In this document: positions 38,976 through 49,794 of the stretch, in pieces
Position numbering within the stretch: position 1 is the first letter of the stretch
How the letters are laid out: each line of letters opens with the position of its first letter
Source: Methylocystaceae bacterium
Lineage (GTDB): Bacteria; Bacillota; Syntrophomonadia; Syntrophomonadales; JBLNAA01
DNA: 64,000 bases
NCBI GenBank assembly: GCA_050259135.1
Contig: JBLNAA010000138.1
Span: 5,318-69,317, forward strand
Direction: 5' to 3'
Notes under the pieces: generated by a model
Told to the model about the DNA's origin: nothing
Databases searched by the model: none
What the model saw: only the letters and a program-made list of their open reading frames with translations
Program-made: the position numbers and the translations under genes

Positions 38976-40037
38976 ATGTCCAATCTCATAAAAGTACTGG
39001 TCACTGATGATTCAGCATTTATGCGCAAAGTAATTACCGATATCCTGAACCGTGAACCAGGAATTAAGGTAGTTGATACCGCGCGTAACGGCCAGGAGGC
39101 TTTAGAAAAAATTAAACAGTATGAACCGGATGTAGTTACACTCGACGTAGAAATGCCGATTATGGACGGTATCACTGCTTTACAACATATAATGAAGGAA
39201 CATCCTCGTCCGGTCCTGATGTTAAGCAGCTTAACTCAGGAAGGAGCGGAGCTGACTTTTAAGGCATTACAGCTGGGGGCAGTTGATTTTATTGCCAAGC
39301 CGTCAGGCAACATATCTCTTGATATCGAGAAGGTTGCCCTGGATATAGTGCAAAAGGTAAAGATCGCTGCTCAGGTAAAAACGGGAAAGTTAGGCTTCAC
39401 CCCGTCCTGGCAACCTACACCAATTGTTAAAAAGGTTATATCCGGAGACCGGGTGCTGGAAAAGATAGTAATGATAGGTACCTCTACCGGCGGTCCCAAG
39501 GCTTTGCATGAGGTTATACCTAAATTACCCGGTGATCTTAATGCCGCCGTGGTATTAGTTCAACATATGCCACCGGGTTTTACACGCTCATTGGCGGAGC
39601 GACTTGATCAATTGTCGGCTCTGCGGGTGAAAGAAGCTGAACACGGTGAAGAAGTGGTTCCCGGCACAGTGTATATTGCGCCAGGTGATTATCATCTATT
39701 ATTTAGATCTCATCAGGAAGCAGGAAGAAAAAGGCTTTATGTGGAATTGTCCAAGAATAGTCAAGTAAATGGACATCGTCCAGCTGTGGATCCTATGTTA
39801 TTTTCTATGGGGGATACATTTTGGTCAAATCAGATGGTTGCCGTAATCATGACTGGTATGGGCAGCGATGGAGCGCAGGGGTTGGCTTTTATAAAAGATA
39901 AAGGCGGCCGTACTGTTGCCGAGGATCAATCAAGCTGTGTGGTTTTCGGTATGCCAAAAGCAGCTATTGCCACGGGAAAGGTGGACCGGGTAATTCCATT
40001 AATGGAAATTGCGCAGGAGATTACGCGTTTGCTTTAG
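38976..40037 (+). CDS. cheB: chemotaxis protein-glutamate methylesterase CheB
   Basis: N-terminal REC domain (VTDDSAFMR..VTLDVEMP) and methylesterase domain (IGTSTGGPKAL, HMPPGFT, MTGMGSDG). Confidence 0.95.
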   Translation: MSNLIKVLVTDDSAFMRKVITDILNREPGIKVVDTARNGQEALEKIKQYEPDVVTLDVEMPIMDGITALQHIMKEHPRPVLMLSSLTQEGAELTFKALQLGAVDFIAKPSGNISLDIEKVALDIVQKVKIAAQVKTGKLGFTPSWQPTPIVKKVISGDRVLEKIVMIGTSTGGPKALHEVIPKLPGDLNAAVVLVQHMPPGFTRSLAERLDQLSALRVKEAEHGEEVVPGTVYIAPGDYHLLFRSHQEAGRKRLYVELSKNSQVNGHRPAVDPMLFSMGDTFWSNQMVAVIMTGMGSDGAQGLAFIKDKGGRTVAEDQSSCVVFGMPKAAIATGKVDRVIPLMEIAQEITRLL

Positions 40038-40065
40038 TGATAAAGGTTGGTTGGAGGTGCTTAAC

Positions 40066-42081
40066 GTGAACATGGATATGAACCAATATTTGGATGTGTT
40101 CTTAGAAGAGAGCAATGAACACCTGGAAAATCTCAACCAAAGGCTATTGGAATTGGAGAAGAATCCGGCTGATATCAACTGTTTAAATGAGATATTTAGG
40201 GCTGCTCATACCTTAAAAGGTATGTCATCAACGATGGGTTTTGATGATATGGCAGATCTGACACACCATATGGAAAATGTGTTGGCCGATTTAAAAGCGG
40301 GGATAATCAAAGCGGATACCTACGTTGTTGATATCCTATTTAAATGTTTGGATCGTTTGCAGCTAATGGTGGAAAGGATTACCCTCGGTCAAACCGAGAA
40401 ATTGGATAATAAGGATTTAATCAACCTGCTGGCGGTTATCAAAGAAGGCAAAGCTCAAGCCCAAACAGCAGCTATAGCGGAAAGAGTGGTTGCCCAACCC
40501 GATCCAAAAGCAACCGACTTTACTTACAACGATTACGATATAACTGTACTTAAAGAAGCAGTCAGTCAGGACTTTAAGACATTTTTGATTACCGTTGATG
40601 TTGACCCTAATGCCCTGATGAAAACAGTTCGAGCCTTTATGGTATTTAAGGTTTTGGAAGAGGAAGGAGAAATCATCAAATCACGTCCCTCGGCTCAGGA
40701 ATTGGAAGAGGGTAAATTTGATAATGATTTTGCTTTGATATTGATCAGCCATGCAGACAGTTTGAACCTCAAGGAAAAAGTTATGGCCATCTCTGAGGTT
40801 GATAAAGTTGAAATTACCGAACTGGATATCGAACAGATTATCCCCCAGGCCGGATTAACTGTTGTTGAAGGTAAGCACCCTGAAGATAACGGTGGGCAAA
40901 ACGAGGCGACGCCGGAGGCCGCCAAGGTGCATCGAGGGAAACAGACGGTCAGGGTAGACATTGAACGCCTGGATAACCTTATGAATCTGGTTGGAGAACT
41001 GGTTATTAACAAAGGACGTCTGGAGCAGATTGGCAGCCAGCAAAAACTAACCGACTTATCGGAGACCATAGAACAGATTGACCGGATTACTACGGATTTG
41101 CAGAATGTAGTTATGAAAGTACGGATGGTGCCGATTGAACAGGTGTTCAATCGATTCCCCCGTATGGTAAGAGATTTGTCACAGGAATTAGGCAAAGATG
41201 TCAACTTTATTATCGACGGGAAGGAAACGGAATTAGATAGAACGGTTATTGATGAAATTGGCGATCCTCTGGTACATCTGCTGCGCAATGCCCTTGATCA
41301 TGGCCTTGAGACACCGGAACAACGTGAGTTACAGGGGAAAAACCGGGTAGGTATGGTCAGATTGTCAGCCCGTCACGAAGGTAACAATGTACTGATTGAG
41401 GTTGAAGATGATGGCCGAGGGCTCGATCGGGCAAACATATTAAAGAGTGCTGTTAACAAAGGGTTGATTACTGAATATGAAGCCGAATCTTTAAGTGCTG
41501 AACAAGCATATGGTTTCCTTTTCCGATCAGGGTTTTCCACAGCCGAAAGCATTACCGATGTATCCGGACGTGGAGTTGGTTTGGATGTAGTAAAAAGCAA
41601 GATTGAATCACTGAACGGGGATATTGAAATCGAAACGATGCCCGGTCACGGTACTAAGTTTAAGATACGCTTGCCGCTGACTCTGGCAATAATTCAGGCT
41701 CTGTTAACCAGAGTAAGTGATGAGATTTTTGCAGTTCCTTTAAGTTCAGTTGATGAAACTACTATGATCACGCGTGAAGAGATAAAGCTGGTTCAAAATC
41801 AGGAAGTTGTTTTGATTAGAGGAAATGTATTACCTCTGGCTCGTTTACGCAACTTACTGGAGGTTCCTGCTTCTGAAAACACCGATGAGCTTATGTACGT
41901 GGTAATAGTTCGCAAGGGTGACAAGCAAGTGGGCCTGGTAGTTGATAGCCTGATCGGGCAGCAGGAAATAGTAATCAAATCATTAGGGAAATTACTAACT
42001 GGTATTCCTGGTATCGGCGGAGCAGCAATCCTGGGCGATGGCGGTGTTTCATTAATTCTGGATGTTGGTACTTTATTCTAA
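40066..42081 (+). CDS. cheA: chemotaxis histidine kinase CheA
   Basis: Hpt site AAHTLKGMSSTMGF, HATPase boxes (HLLRNALDHG, DDGRGLD, GRGVGLDVV) and a C-terminal CheW-like domain. GTG 40066 follows GGAGGTG; the track start at 40009 overlaps cheB. Confidence 0.95.
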   Translation: MNMDMNQYLDVFLEESNEHLENLNQRLLELEKNPADINCLNEIFRAAHTLKGMSSTMGFDDMADLTHHMENVLADLKAGIIKADTYVVDILFKCLDRLQLMVERITLGQTEKLDNKDLINLLAVIKEGKAQAQTAAIAERVVAQPDPKATDFTYNDYDITVLKEAVSQDFKTFLITVDVDPNALMKTVRAFMVFKVLEEEGEIIKSRPSAQELEEGKFDNDFALILISHADSLNLKEKVMAISEVDKVEITELDIEQIIPQAGLTVVEGKHPEDNGGQNEATPEAAKVHRGKQTVRVDIERLDNLMNLVGELVINKGRLEQIGSQQKLTDLSETIEQIDRITTDLQNVVMKVRMVPIEQVFNRFPRMVRDLSQELGKDVNFIIDGKETELDRTVIDEIGDPLVHLLRNALDHGLETPEQRELQGKNRVGMVRLSARHEGNNVLIEVEDDGRGLDRANILKSAVNKGLITEYEAESLSAEQAYGFLFRSGFSTAESITDVSGRGVGLDVVKSKIESLNGDIEIETMPGHGTKFKIRLPLTLAIIQALLTRVSDEIFAVPLSSVDETTMITREEIKLVQNQEVVLIRGNVLPLARLRNLLEVPASENTDELMYVVIVRKGDKQVGLVVDSLIGQQEIVIKSLGKLLTGIPGIGGAAILGDGGVSLILDVGTLF

Positions 42082-42111
42082 CCGATATTAAGGGACTGGG
42101 GAGGGAATAAC

Positions 42112-42558
42112 ATGGAAGAAGAAAAAACTACAACCCTGGATAATGAAGTACAGGTGGTTGCTTTTAAATTAGGTGATGAAGAGTATGCGGTTGATATTTT
42201 GACCGTACAGGAAATAATACGTTTGCTCCATATCACCCGAGTACCAAGAGCTAATCAGTTTATTGAAGGTGTTATCAATCTGCGCGGTAATGTAATACCT
42301 ATAATTAATCTTTATAAAAAGTTTAACCTTAACAACCATATAAGTGATGATACTCGAATTATAGTATTTCAAATCGGTGATATGAAAGCCGGCTTTATTG
42401 TCGATGGGGTGTCGGAAGTTTTACGGCTTAATCTCGATGATATCGAAGAAACCCAGAATGTTTATGGTTCTATTGATGCCAATTTAATACGTGGAATCGG
42501 CAAAGTTGAGGGACGGCTGGTAATACTTCTGGATCCATCTCACTTGTTGGAATTATAG
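42112..42558 (+). CDS. cheW: chemotaxis coupling protein CheW
   Basis: 148-aa CheW domain (VVAFKLGDEEYAVDILTVQEI..INLRGNVIPIINL). Confidence 0.95.
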   Translation: MEEEKTTTLDNEVQVVAFKLGDEEYAVDILTVQEIIRLLHITRVPRANQFIEGVINLRGNVIPIINLYKKFNLNNHISDDTRIIVFQIGDMKAGFIVDGVSEVLRLNLDDIEETQNVYGSIDANLIRGIGKVEGRLVILLDPSHLLEL

Positions 42559-42595
42559 CCTAAGGGATTTTTAAAACAGGAGTTGAGACAACAGC

Positions 42596-43216
42596 ATGAT
42601 TGAGGATTTTGCTGAGCTCTCCCATATTCAGATTGATGCTTTGAAGGAAATCGGTAATATTGGTGCCGGTAATGCAGCTACCGCGTTGGCGCAGCTGATT
42701 AATACCAAAATTGATATGACGGTCCCTAAAATATCTATTCTGCCTTTTAATGAAGTACCGACTCTGGTCGGGGGCCCCGATATGCCCGTAACGGCTATCT
42801 TTTTGTTAGTCCAAGGAGATGCGGCTGCTAATATTCTATTTATGCTTCCGGTAGCTTCAGCCAGAATACTGGTTGATATGGTTATGTGCCAACCCACTGG
42901 CAGTAATGACCACTTTAATGAGATTGAGCAATCTGCTCTTATGGAGATCGGTAATATTCTAGCCGCTACCTATCTTAATGCTATGGCTTCTTTTACCGCT
43001 CTTTCATTTCGGCCTTCAGTTCCTGCTTTAGCTTTTGATATGGCAGGCGCCATTTTAGATACCGTCTTAGCTCAATTAGGCCAGGTGGGAGATCATGTAC
43101 TTTTATTAGAAACCGACTTTAAAAAAGATGACCAGGAGGTAGTCGGCCATTTCTTTCTACTACCCGAACCAGGTGCACTTGATCTTATATTGGCGGCATT
43201 AGGGGTGAACAATTAA
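42596..43216 (+). CDS. cheC: CheY-P phosphatase CheC
   Basis: Two CheC repeats (DALKEIGNIGAGNAATALAQL and SALMEIGNILAATYLNAM). Confidence 0.9.
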   Translation: MIEDFAELSHIQIDALKEIGNIGAGNAATALAQLINTKIDMTVPKISILPFNEVPTLVGGPDMPVTAIFLLVQGDAAANILFMLPVASARILVDMVMCQPTGSNDHFNEIEQSALMEIGNILAATYLNAMASFTALSFRPSVPALAFDMAGAILDTVLAQLGQVGDHVLLLETDFKKDDQEVVGHFFLLPEPGALDLILAALGVNN

Positions 43217-43701
43217 TGGGTAAAATTGTACAGGTTGGAATGGCCGATATGAAAGTTGTTAACCCCCCTGATAAACTGATGACTGCCGGGCTTGGTTCCT
43301 GTGTTGGTGTCTGTTTGGTGGACAAGATCAACCGGGTAGCTGGTATGGTACATGTAATGCTGCCTTCTAGTATGCAGGCACGAAATAATCAAAACCGGGC
43401 TAAATTTGCAGACAGCGGCATCAGTGTCCTGGTCGAGGAGATGGAAAAGGGCGGCGCTCAGCGCAGCCGTATAGTAGCTAAAATCGCCGGGGGGGCCCAG
43501 ATGTTTAAATTCTCAGAGGAAAGCAATATCATGAAAATAGGCGAACGTAATGCCGCTGCCGTTATCGAGGTTTTAAGTAGTTATCGCATTCCACTGCTGG
43601 CCAACGACACCGGGGGCAATTATGGCCGTACCATCGTATTTGATGCTCAAACCGGTGAACTTTTAGTACGTACCATTGGTTATGGTGAGCGGGTTATATA
43701 A
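43216..43701 (+). CDS. cheD: chemoreceptor glutamine deamidase CheD
   Basis: TAGLGSCVGVCL catalytic Cys region and HVMLP; follows cheC. Confidence 0.9.
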   Translation: MGKIVQVGMADMKVVNPPDKLMTAGLGSCVGVCLVDKINRVAGMVHVMLPSSMQARNNQNRAKFADSGISVLVEEMEKGGAQRSRIVAKIAGGAQMFKFSEESNIMKIGERNAAAVIEVLSSYRIPLLANDTGGNYGRTIVFDAQTGELLVRTIGYGERVI

Positions 43702-44478
43702 ATGAACAAAGAAGATCTGGGAACTGCCTGGAAAAAATATAAGAATAATCAGGATACCAAAGCTTATGAACAACTGGTAGTTGCCTATATTCATCTGGTT
43801 AAATATGTGGCCAATCGTCTGGCTATCAATCTATCAACCCAGGTTGAAGTAGATGAATTAATAAGTTATGGAGTTGAAGGACTTCTTGATGCCATCGAAA
43901 AATATGATATAGAAAGAAATATTAAGTTTGAGACTTATGCGATTTCGCGTATTCGCGGTTCCATGATTGATGGCCTGCGAGCCATGGACTGGGTTCCGGT
44001 ATCGGTACGGCAAAAATCCAAAGAGTTGGAACGAGCCTATAGTCAGTTAGAAGCAAAATTGGAGCGAGCAGCGACCGATGAGGAAGTGGCAGACTATCTC
44101 GGGGTATCATTAGACACTTTGCAGAAAATGGTAAAGGAATCCAGTGCCGCTACGATAACCTACTTAGAAGACTTTATACCCAATGAGGATGGGGAAGAAA
44201 AAAGCAAACGCATTGCCGATTATTTAAGAGATGAATCGGCAGAGAACATTTTAGAAATATTGGAAATGGAAGCAGTTAAAGTAACTCTGGCAGAGGCTAT
44301 AGGCAAACTGCCGGAAAAGGAAAAACAAGTTATAACATTGTATTATTTTGAAGGGCTTACCTTAAAAGAAATAGGATTAGTACTAAACTTAAGTGAATCC
44401 AGGATTTCGCAATTACATACCAAAGCAGTACTTAGAATGCGCAGCAAATTGAATCGTATCAGGGATGAAGTACTTTAG
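43702..44478 (+). CDS. sigD: flagellar RNA polymerase sigma factor SigD (sigma-28/FliA)
   Basis: Sigma-70 regions 2-4 (YGVEGLLDAIEKYD.., region 4 HTH LTLKEIGLVLNLSESRISQLH); follows cheD. Confidence 0.95.
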   Translation: MNKEDLGTAWKKYKNNQDTKAYEQLVVAYIHLVKYVANRLAINLSTQVEVDELISYGVEGLLDAIEKYDIERNIKFETYAISRIRGSMIDGLRAMDWVPVSVRQKSKELERAYSQLEAKLERAATDEEVADYLGVSLDTLQKMVKESSAATITYLEDFIPNEDGEEKSKRIADYLRDESAENILEILEMEAVKVTLAEAIGKLPEKEKQVITLYYFEGLTLKEIGLVLNLSESRISQLHTKAVLRMRSKLNRIRDEVL

Positions 44479-44492
44479 TTTGGTGGGGAGGC

Positions 44493-45926
44493 GTGATTAA
44501 AATCACAGCTGAAAAAAAAGAAAAAGACATAATACAAACACAGATTACCCGCGATGAAATGCAGGCTTTCGTGATAATTAATATTCCTGCGCCCTCAGAT
44601 GAGGATGATGATCAAGAAGTTGTTACAGTAACCAGAACGGATATTATGAATACCATACAGCAAAATGGCATTACCTTTGGCATTGTCGATGCGGGAATCG
44701 AAGAAGCCCTGCGGCCTGATCGGGCCGGCATGGCCTGTCTGGTTGCTCAGGGAAAACCAGCGATTAACGGTAGTAACGGTTTTATTGAGTATAAATTTTC
44801 ACGAACCCGAGAAACCTACAGGGACTATTCCGAAGAAAAAGGTAAAGTTGATTATCGCCAGCTAAGCCTCATAAAAAATGTACGCAAAGGTGAGTTATTA
44901 GCAAACCGGATTGCTCCGGGAGAAGGGCAGCCTGGAATGACGGTAACCGGTAACCCGGTCAGTGCCAAACCAGGTAAACCGGCAGTATTGGTACCAGGTA
45001 AAAACGTAGTTCTTGATCCTAATGGTGATATAGCTTTTGCTGACATCGATGGTCACGTTACCATGGTTGACAATAAGATTACTGTTTTACCCGTATATGA
45101 AATTGCGGGAGACGTTGACTATTCTACCGGTAATGTTGATTTTGTCGGTAATGTATTGGTTATGGGTAATATCACTACCGGCTTTACCGTAAAAGCCCAG
45201 GGTGATATCGATGTTCGCGGAGTAATTGAGGGAGCAATTGTAATAGCGGGTGGTAATGTAACGGTCAGTAACGGCATAACCGGCGGTGATAAAGCGATAG
45301 TATTTGCTGGCGGTGATGTAGTAGCACGTTATATTGCCAATGCCCGGGTTGAAGCCCGGAATAATGTGATAGTAAGAGATAGCATCTTACAATCACAGGT
45401 CAGAGCTGGTATTGCGGTTAAAGCCGAAAATGGCCGCGGCACTATAGTTGGCGGAGTTATCCAGGCGGAAGAAGAAATTGTCGCCAAGACTATCGGCTCC
45501 AGTTTGGCGACAGCCACCAGTTTGGAAGTAGGGGTTAATCCAACCCTTCGAGAAGAGTATCGACAGATCAGCGCCCGTCTGCAGGAGAGAAAGAAAACCC
45601 TTGACCAATTGACTACCAATGTTCAGGCTTATCAAAAATCGGGAATGAACCTCGATAAGTTGCCAGAGAACAAAAAAATGGCTTTGCTCAAGCTGCTGGA
45701 AGCATTTCGCATAATTAAAGATGAAGTAAATGAGATGACCGGCAAACTGCACGACCTGGAGGAGAAATGCAATAATCTGCAAAAGGGGCGTATATGTGTA
45801 TCCGGAGTGGTAAATCCAGGTGTGCATATGATCGTAGGGCAGGCAATTTATACGGTTAATGATCCTATCAAATATTCAATATTTACCTGCGAAGACGGAG
45901 AGGTTAGATTCCAGCCTCTGCGTTAG
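44493..45926 (+). CDS. FapA-family (DUF342) flagellar assembly protein
   Basis: Central beta-helix-like repeats (GDVDYSTGNVDFVGNVLVMGNITTGFTVKAQGDIDVRGVIEGAIVIAGGNVTV...) and a C-terminal coiled coil; GTG start. Confidence 0.75.
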   Translation: MIKITAEKKEKDIIQTQITRDEMQAFVIINIPAPSDEDDDQEVVTVTRTDIMNTIQQNGITFGIVDAGIEEALRPDRAGMACLVAQGKPAINGSNGFIEYKFSRTRETYRDYSEEKGKVDYRQLSLIKNVRKGELLANRIAPGEGQPGMTVTGNPVSAKPGKPAVLVPGKNVVLDPNGDIAFADIDGHVTMVDNKITVLPVYEIAGDVDYSTGNVDFVGNVLVMGNITTGFTVKAQGDIDVRGVIEGAIVIAGGNVTVSNGITGGDKAIVFAGGDVVARYIANARVEARNNVIVRDSILQSQVRAGIAVKAENGRGTIVGGVIQAEEEIVAKTIGSSLATATSLEVGVNPTLREEYRQISARLQERKKTLDQLTTNVQAYQKSGMNLDKLPENKKMALLKLLEAFRIIKDEVNEMTGKLHDLEEKCNNLQKGRICVSGVVNPGVHMIVGQAIYTVNDPIKYSIFTCEDGEVRFQPLR

Positions 45927-45946
45927 GGAGAGAGGGAGGCATAACC

Positions 45947-46270
45947 ATGGGTATGCGTCCAATTGATATCCAAATATCACTTCCTCGTACTGCTGAGGTG
46001 GGGCGGGTTGCTCAGGGCGACCAGCAGCAAAATCAAATGCGCCAGCAGGAAGTCGCCAATCAGTCTCAGGTACAGACCAATAACTACGAGAAGACAGTAC
46101 GCCAATCTGAGCATACAGATACCAAAAAAGTAAAAGATCAAAAAGAACGGGAAAAGAAAAAACAGCAGCCAGATAAAAAATCAGCTCAACCTGCCAAAGA
46201 AGACGAAAGTAGTAAAGAAGGTCAGATTACAACTAAAGGCCAGATAAGTAAATTAGACATTTTAGCCTGA
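45947..46270 (+). CDS. hypothetical Gln/Lys/Glu-rich small protein (107 aa, probably disordered)
   Basis: ORF with a GGGAGAGAGGGAGG RBS region upstream. No recognisable domain. Confidence 0.5.
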   Translation: MGMRPIDIQISLPRTAEVGRVAQGDQQQNQMRQQEVANQSQVQTNNYEKTVRQSEHTDTKKVKDQKEREKKKQQPDKKSAQPAKEDESSKEGQITTKGQISKLDILA

Positions 46271-46284
46271 AGCGGAGGAAAAGC

Positions 46285-46737
46285 ATGGCTAAATATCTGG
46301 TAATCATGGCGGTTATCATGCTGGTGACAGCGATAATTAGCATAAAAAGACAAGATAAGGCGGGAGCAGTACTGCCCGGCGAACTTAAAGACCTCATTTT
46401 TGAAGCCCAAATAGTCCGTGAGGATTTGGAGGCTATGCTGCAAAATGTGCAGGCTGCCAGTGAGGAAGTAGTTAAAACGATCGATGAAGCAATTGCTGAC
46501 CGTTGTGAACAGATAGATACAATGTTAACTACCAATCCAGGCTCCAAAGAAAGACAGGCTCCGCCGCCACCGCCATTTTCACTAGAGGACATGCGCCGGG
46601 CACACCCTTACCTCATGGCACCTCGACTTAAAGAAATGGGATATACCATCGTACAGATTGCTGAGTACCTGGATCGTAGTACCGGTGAAATCGAACTGAT
46701 CCTGTCCCTGGCGGATAAAAAACAGAAGATAGGTTAG
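46285..46737 (+). CDS. hypothetical membrane-anchored protein, positional analogue of B. subtilis SwrB/YlxL (N-terminal TM plus C-terminal HTH-like segment)
   Basis: TM helix YLVIMAVIMLVTAIISI; C-terminal GYTIVQIAEYLDRSTGEIELILSL. It is the last gene before a strong terminator and rpsB, which is where swrB sits in B. subtilis. Confidence 0.5.
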   Translation: MAKYLVIMAVIMLVTAIISIKRQDKAGAVLPGELKDLIFEAQIVREDLEAMLQNVQAASEEVVKTIDEAIADRCEQIDTMLTTNPGSKERQAPPPPPFSLEDMRRAHPYLMAPRLKEMGYTIVQIAEYLDRSTGEIELILSLADKKQKIG

Positions 46738-46739
46738 TT

Positions 46740-46764
46740 ACCCGCTTGAATTGGCGGGTTTTTT
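46740..46764 (+). terminator. rho-independent terminator ending the fla/che transcription unit
   Basis: ACCCGC-TTGAATTG-GCGGGT followed by TTTTT. Confidence 0.85.
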
Positions 46765-46770
46765 ACTAAC

Positions 46771-46800
46771 TTGCATACAAAAATATGGTTGTGCTATACT
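46771..46800 (+). promoter_or_regulatory. sigma-A-type promoter of rpsB-tsf (TTGCAT, 18 nt spacer, extended -10 TGTGCTATACT)
   Basis: -35 at 46771-46776 and -10 TATACT at 46795-46800 with an upstream TGn. Leaves a ~100-nt leader before rpsB. Confidence 0.6.
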
Positions 46801-46907
46801 CATCTTTGGACTACGCACGTTTTCTGACTCTGCTGATGGTGCCAATATTATGGTGTCAGCCGGGAATGACGAGGACGGAGGTCAAACCGAAAAGGAGGAA
46901 TATTTAA

Positions 46908-47606
46908 ATGCCCGTTGTAACCATGAAACAGCTGTTAGAGGCCGGTGTCCATTTTGGACATCAGACCCGCCGCTGGAACCCGAAAATGGCTCCCTATATT
47001 TATATGGAGCGTAATGGAATCTATATTATAGATCTCCAGCAGACAGTTAAGAAGTTCGAAGAAGCCTATGATGCTGTTAAAAAGGTGGCTGCTGATGGTA
47101 AGAAAGTTCTGTTTGTAGGTACCAAAAAACAGGCGCAAGAGACCATCAAAGAAGAGGCCGAGCGCTGTGAGATGTTTTTTGTTAATCAGCGGTGGCTGGG
47201 CGGCACACTAACCAACTTCAACACCATTCGGCGCCGTATTATGCGGCTTAAAGAGCTGAACAAAATGGAAGAAGACGGTATGTTTGAGGCCCTGCCGAAA
47301 AAAGAAGTATCCAAACTCAGAGCTGAACAGGATAAACTAGAGCGCTTTTTGGGCGGTATTCAAAATATGAATGATCTACCGGGGGCAATATTTGTGGTTG
47401 ACCCGCGCAAAGAAAAGATTGCCGTGGCGGAAGCACGCAAATTAAAGATACCGGTAATAGCTATAGTCGACACTAATTGTGATCCAGATGAGGTAGACTA
47501 TGTTATCCCCGGTAATGACGATGCCATTCGTGCCGTCAAACTCATATCCTCTAAAATGGCTGATGCCGTTTTGGAAGGCAGGCAGGGAGAACAGATGGGA
47601 GCCTAA
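46908..47606 (+). CDS. rpsB: 30S ribosomal protein S2
   Basis: [22 protein letters not shown]; AAAGGAGG RBS. Confidence 0.97.
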   Translation: MPVVTMKQLLEAGVHFGHQTRRWNPKMAPYIYMERNGIYIIDLQQTVKKFEEAYDAVKKVAADGKKVLFVGTKKQAQETIKEEAERCEMFFVNQRWLGGTLTNFNTIRRRIMRLKELNKMEEDGMFEALPKKEVSKLRAEQDKLERFLGGIQNMNDLPGAIFVVDPRKEKIAVAEARKLKIPVIAIVDTNCDPDEVDYVIPGNDDAIRAVKLISSKMADAVLEGRQGEQMGA

Positions 47607-47619
47607 AAGCAGTAACACC

Positions 47620-47656
47620 AGCGGGGTAGAGGAATTGATTTACTACCCCGCTTTTT
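47620..47656 (+). terminator. terminator/attenuator hairpin between rpsB and tsf
   Basis: AGCGGGGTAG - 13-nt loop - CTACCCCGCT, with a TTTTT run at 47652-47656 whose first T closes the stem. Confidence 0.7.
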
Positions 47657-47699
47657 AAGGTTAAGAATCAACACTTAGTTATGAGGAGGCAAACAAAAC

Positions 47700-49077
<1,378 letters not shown>

Positions 49078-49082
49078 AGAAT

Positions 49083-49640
49083 ATGTCTTCGGCCCTAGTT
49101 CAAGATGCAGAAAATAAAATGAAGAAAACCGTTGAACTGTTGGTAAAGGATTTAGCTTCTATGCGTGCGGGCAGAGCTAATCCGGCTATGCTGGATAAAG
49201 TATCAGTTGATTATTACGGCTCTCCCACCCCGATTAACCAATTAGCTAATATAACTGTTCCCGAGCCTCGCTTATTGGTTATTCAGCCCTATGATCGCTC
49301 CAGCATTGCCAATATTGAGAAAGCTATAATGAAGTCGGATCTGGGGGTTAATCCATCGAACGATGGTAATGTTATCCGTATTGCTATTCCTGCTTTGACT
49401 GAAGAACGGCGCAAGGATATGGTAAAACAGGTTAAGAAGCGGGTAGAAGAAGGTAAGGTAGCTTTACGTAATGTAAGACGCGATGGTAATGATGATATCA
49501 AGCAGGCAGAAAAAGACAAAACCATATCCGAAGATGAAGGAAAGAAGCTGCTTGATGAAATTCAAAAACTTACTGATAATTACGTTAAAGAGATCGATCG
49601 CATAAGTCTGGCAAAAGAAAAAGAAATTATGGAAGTCTAG
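49083..49640 (+). CDS. frr: ribosome recycling factor
   Basis: [32 protein letters not shown]. Confidence 0.95.
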   Translation: MSSALVQDAENKMKKTVELLVKDLASMRAGRANPAMLDKVSVDYYGSPTPINQLANITVPEPRLLVIQPYDRSSIANIEKAIMKSDLGVNPSNDGNVIRIAIPALTEERRKDMVKQVKKRVEEGKVALRNVRRDGNDDIKQAEKDKTISEDEGKKLLDEIQKLTDNYVKEIDRISLAKEKEIMEV

Positions 49641-49683
49641 ACTGTACAAATAACTTATCGGATTGATCAAGAATAGTCTGTAG

Positions 49684-49705
49684 CCCCCAGCATACTGGGG
49701 GTTTT
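49684..49705 (+). terminator. rho-independent terminator after frr
   Basis: CCCCCAG-CATA-CTGGGGG followed by TTTT. Confidence 0.8.
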
Positions 49706-49794
49706 GTATTATATTGGTGAAATAGTTGCTCCCGGGGCCAAATACCTGTTAAATATAACTATAGCCATCCCGACCGGGAAAGGATGTTGCAATA

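Noticed and set aside
40009-40065. ORF-track 5' extensions of cheA, and similarly of flgE (25808), flgB (16030), pyrH (48340), rseP (53583), ispG (54635), mgtC-like (57429) and hfq (5048)
   Set aside because: The extensions overlap upstream genes or lack an RBS. Homolog N-termini and Shine-Dalgarno spacing favour the downstream starts reported in the features.
40695-41288. 197-aa minus-strand ORF
   Set aside because: Antisense to cheA. The Ser/Ile/Cys-rich sequence is typical of a shadow frame.
46751-47014. 87-aa plus-strand ORF spanning the terminator, promoter and 5' end of rpsB
   Set aside because: It runs through a rho-independent terminator and promoter and overlaps rpsB out of frame. 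S2 is unambiguous, so this ORF is spurious.
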